Program-made: the position numbers and the translations under genes
In this document: piece after piece, positions 35,325 through 47,483 of the stretch
Position numbering within the stretch: the stretch's first letter is position 1
Layout: every line of letters begins with the position of its first letter
From: Eledone cirrhosa
Taxonomy: Eukaryota
Reading direction: 5' to 3'
DNA: 64,000 nt
NCBI GenBank assembly: GCA_964016885.1
Contig: OZ024743.1
Coordinates: 32,550,001-32,614,000 of the forward strand
The notes under the pieces: generated by a model
The model's input: the letters and a program-made list of their open reading frames with translations, nothing else
The model's database searches: none
What the model was told of the DNA's origin: nothing

Positions 35325-36468
35325 TATGGTGTTGTTTATCGCCCCCCCCCCCCCCCCCCAAACTACCATCAGGACACACAGCTTTGCGATATCCTCAGAG
35401 CTGCTGCCAGGAAAACAGCCACTTATGTGTTTATTGCAGGTGACTTCAATCATCCTGAGATCGATTGGGAAACACGTTTCGTTGGCCACAAAGTGCAAAC
35501 GATTTCCTTGAGCTAGTGCTGGACTCAAACTGGTCACAAGAAGAGGTGACAACACTTTGGACCTGCTCTTCACCACTACTCCTGAAGTGGTTATCAGTTG
35601 TACTACTGAGGAACCTCTAGGCAATTCTGATCATGCTATGATCATTGCCAATCTGGCTCTTACGGGCAGCAACAAAAACCAGAACCATCTCCAATCTGCT
35701 TGCTTTGATTGGAAGAAAGCAGATTGGAACTTGTACTGCACTGAGCTACAGCGCCCAAACTGGCATGAGTTCTATAACTCTGGAAATGTGTATTTCCAGA
35801 GTTATAGAACTCATGCCAGTATGGATAGCGTGTGCAGCATCAGTGCCACGTAAGCAGAAAAAAAAACACCCCAAAAGTGCAATTTGGGAAACTTCAGCGG
35901 TCCGACTTGCCAGGAAAGAATGTCGGAATGCTGAACAGAAATATAAACTGCGTAAATCAGATGCCATCAGAAAAAAGCCACATGTGAACTGTTCAGACAC
36001 CTACCATACGCTGAACGCCTTGCTTCCCTGGGCATGGATTCATTGAAGCTCCGACGTCTGGCAATGAACTTGGTAAACACCCACAAAGTTATTAACCATC
36101 TCGCCAACAACAACCCTGAGCACCTTTTTTATCTCCATGTGTCTAACACACAGGGACATGCCTACAAAGTCAGAAAACAGCACAGCTCCCATGACTTTTG
36201 GAAACATTTTTTCACGCATAGAGTTGCTGAATCATGGAACAAACTGCCTGCATCAGTTGTTATCTGCCGAGTCACTGCATCTTTTAAAACCTCCATGCTT
36301 CCTGAAATTCACCCTTCCATACACATGCACACATGTGTATATCATGACTCATGCACTGTTCATTTTCCTGACGTTTGTACATTACCCTATGTACTATATA
36401 TACACTTTTGATGAGTTGTAGTGCACCTGAGCACTGTACACAATATTTTCATTATTATTATTATTATA
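35325..36468 (+). mobile_element. Internally deleted CR1-clade LINE (APE endonuclease end joined to the ORF2 C-terminus, RT missing)
   Basis: IAGDFNHPEIDW, TRRGDNTLDLLFT, PLGNSDHAMII, FDWKKADW, then YAERLASLGMDSLKLRR...TQGHAYK...HFFTHRVAESWNKLP, a 3' hairpin and an (ATT)n tail. Confidence 0.88.
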
Positions 36469-36544
36469 TATAAAGTTGTTAACCTAATGCATCTATAATA
36501 GTTTTTCTTTCATATGAGTGTGTGTGTGTGTGTGTGTGTGTGTT

Positions 36545-36960
36545 GTAGTTTACCAATTCATTAAGTCCAAGTCTGTGTTTGATGAAATTTTCTTATGTTG
36601 GCAATTTTAATTAATTTTCCTCTTTTGCAGAACTCTTTCTGCACTTCTGAAAACCAGTTGTTGTTGTTTTCAAATGTTTATTTATTCTCTTTGACATTAT
36701 TAGAATAACGGTTTTATATGGTGCAAGATAGCGCGTTTATAAGTCTTTTAGGGTTTGCTGTTTCATTAGTGTTGAGGATTATGATGGTAAGCCCAGCAGG
36801 GAACCAATCTTGTGGTGTTTCCACTTTTTCCAATATCATATTGAAGTTTTCTACTTGTTCCTTATGTATCCCAGTTAAACATATCAATCAGAAGTTCTGG
36901 TGCCTCCAAGCTATTCGGTTTCACAGATTCTGGGCTATTTTTCTGTTCTTAAGGCTTCCC
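36545..36960 (-). pseudogene. Degraded R4/Dong-like RT fragment
   Basis: Minus-strand remnants ETPQDWFPAGLTIILNTNETANPK and YKTVILIMSKRINKHL resemble the RT N-terminal region of R4-clade elements. Confidence 0.45.
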
Positions 36961-36980
36961 ATTATTATTCAATTGTTCAA

Positions 36981-37170
36981 GGGCGGTGAATTGGCAGTAT
37001 CTGTAGAGGGTTGGACGCCATGCTTTCTAGAATAGTTACGTCCCTTTGCAGTCTGAGTTCAAATACCGCCGAGGTTAACTTTGCCTTTCATCCTTACGGG
37101 GTCGATAAAATAAAATACCAGTAATGTACTGAGTAATTGCTGGCCTTGTGCTTAAAGTAGAAACAATTAT
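36981..37170 (+). mobile_element. SINE family 1, full length
   Basis: 17-bp TSD ATTATTATTCAATTGTT at 36961-36977 and 37166-37182. Confidence 0.92.
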
Positions 37171-37435
37171 TATTCAATTGTTGTGTTTGTTGAAATGTGA
37201 AAATGTGAGAATCCCAAATGCAGAAAATAACTACAATAGCAGTCAATCACAATAAACAATAGTTGAGAAAATTGGGTAAATTGCGATTATAGATAGAAAT
37301 AAAACACATGCACTTCTGTCCATTTTTTTTTCAATCTCACCTTTTCAAATTTCAAACACTCTCAGTGCTATAATTTCAACTTGTAGTGTTTTCTATTCTT
37401 AAATCTTCTACATAGTCAGTTTTACTTATATTTTC

Positions 37436-37945
37436 CAGCAAGACTATATGCTTCTTTGCCTCAGTATATCATATTAAGTGTCCACTGATAAAGAATTAAT
37501 GAATTCTGAAATACATATCCAGAAGACTTATGCAAATACTGTAGTAGCTGTGATCTTATCACAACTTAAAATACACAATGGGACTGTATATATGTTTATA
37601 TACACTTCTATTCTGAACCACTCTGTGTTAGTGCTATAGTTAATTAATTTTAGTCAGCTGATAAAGAATTAATGAATTCTGAAATAAGTATCCAGAACTT
37701 TTCTGTAAATACTGAAGCTGTGATTCTATTACAGATTAAAATACTCACAGCTAAAGTATATTTAAATAAAATATTAACACAAATATTTTATTTACAAACC
37801 ATACATGAAAATATATGCTTTTTTTACCTCAGTATCTTGCAGAATGTCAGTATCAGCTTATGAAGCATTAGTGAATTCTAAAATACCTATCCAGTACTCT
37901 TACATGAATACTGAGGTAGCTTAAATTACTGCAAGACTATATGCA
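37436..37945. repeat. Degenerate tandem repeat, 3 units of about 170-200 bp
   Basis: CTGATAAAGAATTAATGAATTCTGAAATA..TATCCAG at about 37485 and 37658; diverged third copy at about 37857. Confidence 0.75.
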
Positions 37946-37966
37946 TATTTATTATACATAAATGTA

Positions 37967-38172
37967 TTGGCAGAATCGGACACCATGCTTTGCAGCATAG
38001 AGTTATGGCTCTTTATACTCCAAGTTCAAATCCTGCTGAGGTTAGCTTTGACTTTCATTCTTTCGGGGTCAATAAAATAAAGTACCAGTCACGCACTGGG
38101 GGTCGATTTAATCAACTTTTCCCTCCCCCAAGATTGCTGGCTTTGTGCCTAAATCAGAAACCATTATTATTA
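37967..38172 (+). mobile_element. SINE family 1 longer variant
   Basis: Same body, with an extra GGGGGTCGATTTAATCAACTTTCCCTCCCCC segment before the tail. Decayed relatives at about 23828-24050, 44110-44225, 46345-46550 and 50030-50180. Confidence 0.75.
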
Positions 38173-38258
38173 TGCCCGTGTGTGCATGCATGCATGTATG
38201 TATATGTCTACATGTCTGCATGTCTGAGTGTCTGTGTAAATATATTCATATATAAAGG

Positions 38259-40945
38259 TCATCATCATCATCATCATCATCACCGTTTTACGTCCGTTCT
38301 TCCACGCTAGCATGGGTTAGACGGGTTGTCCTGTTGTGGGCAGTGTCTGGTCGGCTGACCATGCCTTGCTCATACAGGAACTGATCTGGCTTGATTTCTA
38401 CAGCTGGATGCCCTTCCTAACACCAACCTCATTTACAGTGAGTGCTGGGTGCTTTTTCGTGGCGCCTACATGTCCACTTTACAGTGTGGGCTGGGTGCTT
38501 TTTTGCCGTGGCACCTCCACGACCACCTTGCGGTGGGGGGGGGGGGGGGGGGCATATTGTTTATATGCTTCAGCATGTACCCATGGGAGGTCGGGTACCC
38601 TGTATTACTGCGTGACGCCAGAAGTCACGGTCGTGTGTCATTGACTTTGAGAGGTGTAGTTGGGTAAGGTCGGCTTTTATCACCTCATCCCAAGTCATCT
38701 TGGGTCTCCCCACTCCGCGGTTTCCATCAACTTCTAGTGCTCTGCACCTTTTTATGCAGCTGTCATCCTTCATACGCATCACATGTCCATACCAGCGTAA
38801 CCGCCTCTCCTGCACGCAGCATTTGATTCCTCTTATGCTCAGTCTCTCTCTCAATTCATTTATGCTTTGTCGTTCACGTATATTACTGTTACACATCCAT
38901 CGGAGCATGCAGGCTTCGTTTCTCTCTAATCTACGTAAGTCTTCCACCTTCAGCGCCCAGGTCTCACTACCATGCAACATCGCTGTTCGGATACACGCGT
39001 CATACAGTCTGCCTTTCATTCTGAGGGAGAAGCCTTTTGCAGCTAGCAGTGGTAGTAGTTCCCTAAACTTCTTCCATCCCGTTCTTACCCTAGTTATTGT
39101 ACTTTCTGAGCACCCACCTCCGTTGCTAATTCGGTCACCTAGGTAGCAGAAGCTGTCTACTGTTTCTACAGGGCCCTCCCAGAGATTGGTGGTACTTGTT
39201 TCCTGTGGCTGTTTGCTTGCTGTTTCAGCACAGCTGCTGCATGTGAATCCTACATTCTTAATTAAGCTTCCTGAGATCCCGCTACATCTCTTGTGTACCC
39301 ATTGTTTGCATTTGGGGCAAAGAATGGAGTTCCTACATACACCTTTCCTACATACTGAGCAAGGCCATTTCCCTGAGGGGATCTGGGTTCTGTTTTCTCG
39401 TCTACTTATAAGGACCTTAGTCTTTGTCATGTTGACTTTGAGGCCCTTTCTCTCTAGTCCCTGCTTCCAGGTTTGGAATTTATTCTCTAGTTCTACCATA
39501 GATTCAGCTATGAGTGCGAGGTCATCAGCATACAGGAGTTCCCATGGGCATCCGGTCTTAAACTCCTCCGTTATTGCCTGCAGGACTATGATGAACAGGA
39601 GAGGGCTAAGAACAGAGCCCTGGTGGACCCCAACCTGTACGCTAAATTCCTCGCTATACTCATTGCCAATCCTAACTTTGCTGACTGCTCCCCTATACAT
39701 GGCTTGTACCGCTTTCACAAGCCATTCATCTACTCCTAGTTTTCTAAGAGCCCACCAGATTACTGCACGTGGAACTCTGTCAAAGGCTTTCTCAAGGTCG
39801 ACAAATGCCAAGTAGAGTGGCTTACTTTTAGCTAGGTACTTTTCCTGTAATTGCCTCACAAGGAAGAGCGCATCAGTGGTGCCTTTCCCTGGTACAAACC
39901 CAAATTGCATCTCGTCTATATTCACCCGGTCCCTAATCAGCTGTGCTATAACTCTTTCTGTTACTTTCATGACCTGGTCCATCAACTTTATACCTCTATA
40001 GTTTCCTCTATCTAGTGCATCGCCTTTACCTTTGTAGCAGTTGACAATGATGCTACTGCACCAATCTTTTGGTATGGCCCCCTCTAGTATTACCTGGTTA
40101 ACGATACGTGTGGTTATAGTGTGACCTACAGACCCAGATGCCTTCAGCATCTCGGTAGCTATACCCGATGGACCGGTTGCCTTCCCTATCTTCATATCTC
40201 TGATTGCCTTACTTACTACGCTGCCGCTGACTTGTACTGCTGGTCCCTCTATAGGGTCTACGTGGGGTAGGGTCTCTTCTTCCCATGCATTCTCCTCATT
40301 TAGTAATCTATCATAATGACTCTTCCATGCATCTTTCTTCTCAGCACTTGTGAGGGCAAGCTCACCCTTATCATTCCGGATACACTTCTCTCCAATGACA
40401 TCACAACTATCTCTGACACACTGCCTCGCAATCTTGAATACCTCCTGTTTCTGGTCCTCACGTTGTAAAACATGCTTGAATTTTCTATCCTCTGCTTCCC
40501 TCCTAGCTAAGTATACTTGTCGCCTAGCTTCCCTCTTGGTCTCTATGTAATGTACCCTGCTCCCCCCGTTCTTCCATTCTTTCCATGCCTGTCTCTTGGC
40601 CTTGACTGCTTCATCTACCTTATTGTTCCACCACCAAGTCACTCTCCTCCTGCTTGAGGTCTTACTCCAGCCACAAACCTCATCCGTCGCCTCTAGTAAG
40701 TTATTTTTTAGGAACTCCCAGTTCTCTTCTACGTTAAATGTCTCTATCTGTTCTTCTTTACTGTCGTAGGCGTTGAGTAAAATATCTTTAAATCTGTTAC
40801 TGGTTGAGGGGACTTTCAGCTTCCAGATCTTTCTTCTCCAGGTTGGCCTCTGTTTCAGGGCTCGTCTAGTTCTGACCGTGAGGTCGCTGACAACTAAGCT
40901 ATGTTGGGATGTACATTCCTCACTAGGGAAGGCTTTTGTGCATCT
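38259..40945 (-). mobile_element. RTE-clade LINE subfamily A, 5'-truncated within the endonuclease, young
   Basis: (CAT)n tail, UTR with 48-nt units, uninterrupted ORF; the 5' junction lies in a (TA)n run. Confidence 0.96.
38570..40945 (-). CDS. RTE ORF, 791 codons open: end of APE endonuclease, tower region, RT with internal PHD-type finger
   Basis: The frame stays open 101 codons upstream of the listed GTG (KAFPSEECTSQHSLVVSD, the APE C-terminus). Then WWN, GKATGPSGI, NYRGIKL, FVDLEKAFD, QGSVLSP, YADD, C4HC3 finger (39230-39361), FCYLG, RRLRWYGHV. Confidence 0.93.
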   Translation of the reverse strand, partial: RCTKAFPSEECTSQHSLVVSDLTVRTRRALKQRPTWRRKIWKLKVPSTSNRFKDILLNAYDSKEEQIETFNVEENWEFLKNNLLEATDEVCGWSKTSSRRRVTWWWNNKVDEAVKAKRQAWKEWKNGGSRVHYIETKREARRQVYLARREAEDRKFKHVLQREDQKQEVFKIARQCVRDSCDVIGEKCIRNDKGELALTSAEKKDAWKSHYDRLLNEENAWEEETLPHVDPIEGPAVQVSGSVVSKAIRDMKIGKATGPSGIATEMLKASGSVGHTITTRIVNQVILEGAIPKDWCSSIIVNCYKGKGDALDRGNYRGIKLMDQVMKVTERVIAQLIRDRVNIDEMQFGFVPGKGTTDALFLVRQLQEKYLAKSKPLYLAFVDLEKAFDRVPRAVIWWALRKLGVDEWLVKAVQAMYRGAVSKVRIGNEYSEEFSVQVGVHQGSVLSPLLFIIVLQAITEEFKTGCPWELLYADDLALIAESMVELENKFQTWKQGLERKGLKVNMTKTKVLISRRENRTQIPSGKWPCSVCRKGVCRNSILCPKCKQWVHKRCSGISGSLIKNVGFTCSSCAETASKQPQETSTTNLWEGPVETVDSFCYLGDRISNGGGCSESTITRVRTGWKKFRELLPLLAAKGFSLRMKGRLYDACIRTAMLHGSETWALKVEDLRRLERNEACMLRWMCNSNIRERQSINELRERLSIRGIKCCVQERRLRWYGHVMRMKDDSCIKRCRALEVDGNRGVGRPKMTWDEVIKADLTQLHLSKSMTHDRDFWRHAVIQGTRPPMGTC

Positions 40946-41899
40946 GTATATATATATATATATAAAATAGAGAGAGAGAGAGAGTGCGTGTGTGTGAAAG
41001 AGAGATATGCATACACTAAGGATGCATTTAGCTATTTCATAATTCTAAATTTAGTTTGCCAGTCTTAAGACCAAGCAGTAGATGTATCAGCAGCTGATTT
41101 CTCACAGCAATGTTCTGTATGATGCCATGCATGAAGAATGTAATATGATTTATATACAGAGTCCCTATCAATAATATATATCTCTCCCATATTGCTGAAA
41201 TGAATCCTAAAAGAATTGCATTTCTCTCCTAAGGAAAACATATAAACTAGTAGGAAGGTTGTATATTACTTCACCATTCTAGACCATTCTGCTTTCTAGC
41301 TATGTTAGTATCAGTACTACACTAAAACATGTCTCAAACGAAATAGATCAACTATGTGGGATTTTTTTTTTTTCTGTCAATCGTTATTGCAACTTAGAGC
41401 AGAGGACAACATGTCATGAAAATATTTCCTCTATTTATTTATATTCATTGACACTACATTGAGTTCTGTCCATGATTGACATTGAAACCATTTTAAAATA
41501 TGGTCTCCATCTGCTATTAGGGTGTCCAGTTCTTCTTTCCAGTTATCATACTCTGATAACTGATTTTGGAGAATACATGTTGTGTATTTGATATGGCCAA
41601 ACAGTTTGTTTACTGATAAATCAAAACAGTGTCAGAAACACTACCGACCAGGTAAAATAGCATAAGATCTTTGTAGCATTATTTGAAAGTAATCTTAATA
41701 TGAAAGTATTGTAACACATGGTTCAGAAGTGGTGTCTTCTCAAACATTTAACTCTAAATAAATGTACTGCTAGTATCTAAATCATCATCATCATCATCTG
41801 TCCATTTCCTCTGCTGGTACAGGCTAGAAAAGCCGTTACTGTTCAAGACAACAGGTCATATTTGGCAGAGTTTCTATGGATGGATGTCCTTCCTAAACT

Positions 41900-42080
41900 C
41901 ACCTACTTTACAATGTGTACTGGGTGCATTTTATCACGACACCATCATTATCACTTTACAGAGTGTATTACTTGTATTTTATTTGTTGCACTAACAAATA
42001 AAATACAAGTAATACACTCTGTAAAGTGATAATGATGGTGTCGCGATAAAATGCACCCAGTACACATTGTAAAGTAGGTG
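41900..42080. repeat. Palindrome with 88-bp arms and a 5-nt loop inside an old RTE-type tail (about 41780-42230)
   Basis: 41900-41987 versus 41993-42080, one mismatch; loop GCACT. Confidence 0.95.
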
Positions 42081-42454
42081 CAGAGTGTACTAGGTGCATT
42101 TTATCATTGAACCAACACAAGAGGTATCAAGTATTCAGCATGGCTGAAGAATCCTCTCTATCTTTTATAACTCTGTTCAATTGCCAAGCACTTTACAAGG
42201 GTATCCTGGGTGCATTTTAGTAATGCATCAACACTAAAATTATAACAAAAAATAAAAAACAAAATGAAAAAAGTACTTTGGGACAAAGAACAATACATTC
42301 AAGTGTTACATTCCTATTACACTCCTCCTATATCAACCACTCTCAAGTAATATACATAAAAAAAGAATTGTGGAGACAAACTTAATGAAGGAGTAAAAAA
42401 AAAAATAAATTCAAACATTTAGAGAGTCATCATAACATTAATATAATTCCTTAA

Positions 42455-42839
42455 CCCTATAGTATTTTGGCAGTATCGGTAGAGGGTCGGACGCCATGCT
42501 TTCCAGCATAGTTACGTCCCATTACGATCTGAGTTCAAATCCCGCCGAGGTTAACTTTGCCTTACGGGGTCATTAAAATAAAGTACCAGTAATGTACTGG
42601 GTAATTGATGGCCTTGTGCCAAAAGTGGAAACAATTATTCTATATATACTACTATATTTTCACAGTATACACTTTATCTGACATAATATCTCACATAATA
42701 TCGAATCTATGAGATTTAGATATTATTTATTTTGAGAACAATACCTTAACATCAGTATGAGTGGCCAGTTATGCTCAAATTTGAACAGAAAGAGGTGAAG
42801 AAATTCTGGCCGGATATGGCCGGTTTAAATACTAAAGGC
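42455..42839 (+). mobile_element. TTAA MITE-A interrupted by a SINE1 copy (42468-42638)
   Basis: TTAA-CCCTATAGTATTT, then the SINE1 body, then MITE-A resumes and ends ACTAAAGGC-TTAA. Confidence 0.85.
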
Positions 42840-44910
42840 TTAAATTGAAATAGGACAATTCATAGAATGAATACACACTGATAAGGAGACAAAACGATAA
42901 ACTATATATTACATATAAAACAGATAAACCTACCACAAACCAATGATTATATCACCACAGAAGCCACTACACAGTAGACAAAATTCTTTGAAAGAAAGAA
43001 AATAACAGCAACAACAAATGATTTAGGGTCATTTTTCTCCTGCTAGAGCAAGGTTTAGTCTTCTATGTTCCATGAAATACGTCATGCTCTTCAAGGGGTC
43101 CTTTTTAACCAGATGCCCTTCTTTGCACCAACCCTTTTGTCTCTTATGAAAAAAAGAGACATGATGTACTTATTCTAAACCAGATACCCATGACACTAAA
43201 AAGATGAGAAAGAAGCCATTAGAACAGAAATTACCACAAAATCAATATATGAGCTCTTAAAACATATCAACTTATCTGCTACACAATAATATGATAAAGC
43301 CTAGTTAACCATGCCCTAGAGGAAGATGACATGGTGAGATAAGTCGGGGAGATAAAGGTTATGTATCACTACTACATAGTCAAAACATTTAACAGTAGCA
43401 TGTGATATCCCTTGAGTACTTCACCAATTTTTTTTGCTCGTTACTCTACACAATAACCATCTAACATTTAAACATTTAAACACACTACACATCTTACACA
43501 ACTTTAAACCTGATGTAGTATAGACACATCCAAACTATAATAAAGTAAGGAGCGCGGGACTGCATACAGTTTATAATTTTTTATCCCATTAGTAAAATAA
43601 ATTGGATTACTTTGAATAAATAATGAATGAATATTACATAATTTATCTACTAAATTTCGTGGTTGTTGATTAAATATATTTTGTTTATTTAAAGATTCAC
43701 TTCTTTAAAATTTTTGAAATGTCAACACTTCTGGTTGGCCATCGCTTAAATAAACATACTAATTTTCTGTCACTAATTTTCTCCTAATGCAGTTTATATA
43801 TAATATCGTCTTTTTTAATGTATCATGGATTATGTTACTGATTACATAAGACAGTGTAACGCAGTCTTCATTCAATTTCTGTGGATATTATCAATTATGA
43901 TTTTATTTGATGTATCATATCTACATGTATATATACTTGTGTATAATATCAATATACACACTACACACGCTACCCGAAGGGTGGTTTTCTGCTAGTATTT
44001 CTATAATAACAAATGATAAATGACACACACAGCTCAGGAATATAGAGATGTAATTGGTAGTGCATTAGAAACCTGCAGGAAATTGTTGAAATCATGACGA
44101 TGATGATGATTCTCTCAAACATTGGCATAAAGCAAACAATTTAGGGGAAAGTTGATTATATTAACCTCAATAACTATACTTTATTTTATCAGACTAGAAT
44201 AATGAAAGGCAAAGTTAACCTTAGTAAGTAAATGTTTTAGTAGCACAGTAGGAAACACATCAGTCTAATAATAAATAAATAAATTTATTATTAGTTTTGT
44301 TTTTCCTCTTCCTTCAGTTTTGTTTCTATTTCTTGCTGAATATCTTCCTGACACTGCTGGTGGGGCAGACGAAATGGCAGCAGAAATGTTGTTGTTGTTG
44401 TTGTTATTATTAATGTACTGGTGATATCAGACTTATGCAAGCTATGCAGGAAAAGAGAGAAACATTGTATCATCTGCTATCTGGATGATACAAAATACTT
44501 GTTGAGAATTATTATATTAAAATGCATAATATAATAATTCATTGATAACCTTAACAGTATCTTAAGAAAAGCTTGCAGAATTGGTTCGAAAAAAATCAGT
44601 CAGGATTGAGGAACCACTCTAGAAAATAATTAAAAGAAACCGTGTTGAGATTTTGAATAAATGCAAGTATAAATTCACTACTTCCAGAAGATCAGATTTA
44701 ATTTTAGAAAATAATCAATAGAAGCAGATTCAGATTATTGATATTGTCTGTTCTGTTGCAAAACAAAACAAAACAAAACAAAATCTATATTGAAATGTAG
44801 CCTTTAAAAGTAGGAAAGGATATGTGAAGACTGTGCCAATTGTCTGAGGATGTTTAGGGGAAGGAATAAACTGACTTTAAAGACAAGTGAGCAAGTTAAT
44901 TAAAGGAAGG

Positions 44911-44928
44911 AAAATGGTTGCGGAAGTG
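44911..44928. promoter_or_regulatory. Adjacent YY1-like and ETS-like motifs
   Basis: AAAATGG followed by GCGGAAGTG in non-repetitive DNA. Short motifs that may be chance. Confidence 0.15.
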
Positions 44929-45271
44929 CATATAGAGAGAGACAGAAGAAATTGTTATGTGAAAGTGAAACGATATTGAGAAATGTTCAGTCTGAGTGAA
45001 TTTCCCTATTCTAAGTGGCTAATAACCTCTTGGTAGCTGGACATTTTATAGCCACTATCAACTAGAGATGATATTATGTTTTCAATATATGATTATTTGT
45101 CTCAGAAACCATATTTCTAATGAAATGCACCATATTTTAATTAGTTATTAAAGAATTTGGAAGGATTTAACTAAAGTTATGCATTACTTCATTATTAAGA
45201 TGTTATTTTAGACATAGCTTAACAAAAATAAAATGTGTTGGAATGTTTTAATTTAAATAAAAACTCTTTAA

Positions 45272-45483
45272 CCCTTTAGCATTTACATTACTCTATATAT
45301 ACTATTGTATTTTCGTGGTAAGGGCTTTATTTCACATAATATCACACATAGTAGCGAATCTATTTTGATATTTATGTTGAGAACGATACCTTAACTTCAG
45401 TATGAGTGGCCAGTTAAGGCCAGTTTGAACAGAAAGAGGTGAAAAAATTCTGGCCGGATAAGGCTGGTTTAAATGCTAAAGGG
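45272..45483 (+). mobile_element. TTAA MITE-A nested in MITE-B (about 45100-45547)
   Basis: TTAA-CCCTTTAGCATTTAC...AAATGCTAAAGGG-TTGA. Host element ends GGTATCAAAAAGG-TTAA. Confidence 0.85.
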
Positions 45484-47483
45484 TTGAAATGGGTGATTTT
45501 GCTTCATAGAACCAAAGTTTTGGTTGGGTTGGTATCAAAAAGGTTAAGAGAAAATACAGTTTGTAAAACCTTCATTCAACTTTCTTAGCAAAATAACACA
45601 AAACTTCACTCAACAAACTGTGATGTTGTTTGTTACTCTAAATATAAACTGAAGATATTATTTCATTCCATAATCATGTTAAATGATAATAGTTTCACAA
45701 TGTACTTATTGTTCTCCAACATCCACATCTTAATTCCATTCATATTAATTTAGTTACATCGTTTGATGATATTGTGGGTGTATTGGTGAAATGAAGGACA
45801 CATTCAAATAGATTAGGATACTGTATAAAATTAACTGTTTGGTTTAACAGACAAGGTTTTGTTTCTCTAATATACTCTGACCATAGTTGATTCTATATTA
45901 AGCTTTAAGGTCATAACATTTTCAAAAACGTGTCTACCCTGGCATTCTTAGAGGACATTATGCTGTTCAATTAACTATTCAATTCTTAAGAAGTGTCTGG
46001 TTTCGAAACAAAAATTTCAGTCCTTAATCTTAAGTGAAACTATCATCATCATCAACATTTTATTACCCCCATCATCTACAGCCTTGTCATTATCATGATC
46101 CTAATGATTCAGGTTGAGAAAATGTCACAAATTTGTAGGTGTTGACTGTAATTGATTTAATTGACCCCAATATATGACTGGTAGTTAGTGAAAATATGAA
46201 AGAAAAGCTGACTGGTGGAATTTGAATGATGGACATAATTCTATGTAACTAAATACTACAAGGTTTTCAACTATTTCTGTAAAGGGCTGGAACTAAATAC
46301 CACAAGACATTTTGTCTGGTGCTCTCATGAATTGGCCAGGATAATAATAATCATTTTTGATTTTGGCACATGGCTAGCAATTTTTTAGGGAAAGGTAAGT
46401 CGATCATATTGACCCAAGTACATGACTGGTACTTTATTGTATCTACCTTGGACAGGTAAAAAGCATGGAATTTGAACTCAGAAACTAAAGAGCTGGAACA
46501 AATACATCTAAACATTTGTCTGACACACTGACTGTGCCAATCTACAACCCTGGTGGTGGTACTACTACTGCTGCTGCTACTACTACTACTACTACTAGTA
46601 GTAGTAGTAGTAGTAGTAGTAATTCCACTGAATTTTAATAAAGCAATAACAATGATAATTTCTTTATGTGTTTCACACAAAAGGGGTTACAATATGTCAT
46701 GCATGATTATTATTTTTCATCACCATGTTCAAAATAATGACTGTCAGTGTTAGCTCATCATCACATTACTATCATATCCATTATTATTATCATCATCTTT
46801 TCCATTATCACTATTATCATTATTATCATCAACATTAACTTTTAATATCCTGTAATGATTTAGCAGAAAATGTCTAAAAACAAACTCTAGTGAATATTTT
46901 GCAGTAAAGATTATTATTCTCAATGTAATGCAGTGTCATAGTGTTGTTTTAACTTTTCAAAAATGTGTTGCTAATTTAGATTCATATGCAGAATGTGAAG
47001 AGTTTATACTAAACCAGTGAAAGAGAGATCAATTCTATTTATATTGCATGACTTGCTAACACAGCTGCTAATATTTCTTCAAATTGATATCATTTCAAGA
47101 GTTTGTATTTTACATACATTTGTAGCCCAAATTCCTAAGAGCAGCCATCCAAACCTGATCAGATAGAAAAGCACTTCATATGGTTCATCCAAAGTGTGAT
47201 ATAAAATCAGAACTTTAGACTGATACACTTAATTTAACCCTTTTGTTACCATATTTCTGATGAAAAATACTACTTATGATTTTCAAATTATTTTGAAAAA
47301 TAATCAAAAGTTGAGGGATTTAATAATATAACTAACTTCTTTATTATTAAGCTGTTGTTTGAAACAAAACTTAAGAAAAAGTTTTTCATAAAATTATGGA
47401 GAAAGGTTTTTAGATAAATATGAACAATTTAAAATAAACAATTTTTTATAGAACCAGTGTCAGTCTGGTATTAAATGGGTTAA

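Noticed and set aside
38700-39815. Long antisense ORFs over RTE copies (also 22024-22839 and 53545-53991)
   Set aside because: Shadow frames of the RT ORF with no recognisable domains; expected from codon usage.
44291-44473. Possible exon with a poly-Asn, poly-Thr or poly-Leu tract
   Set aside because: Acceptor-like sequences exist on both strands, but there is no convincing donor or domain, and the (AAC)n microsatellite explains the open frames.
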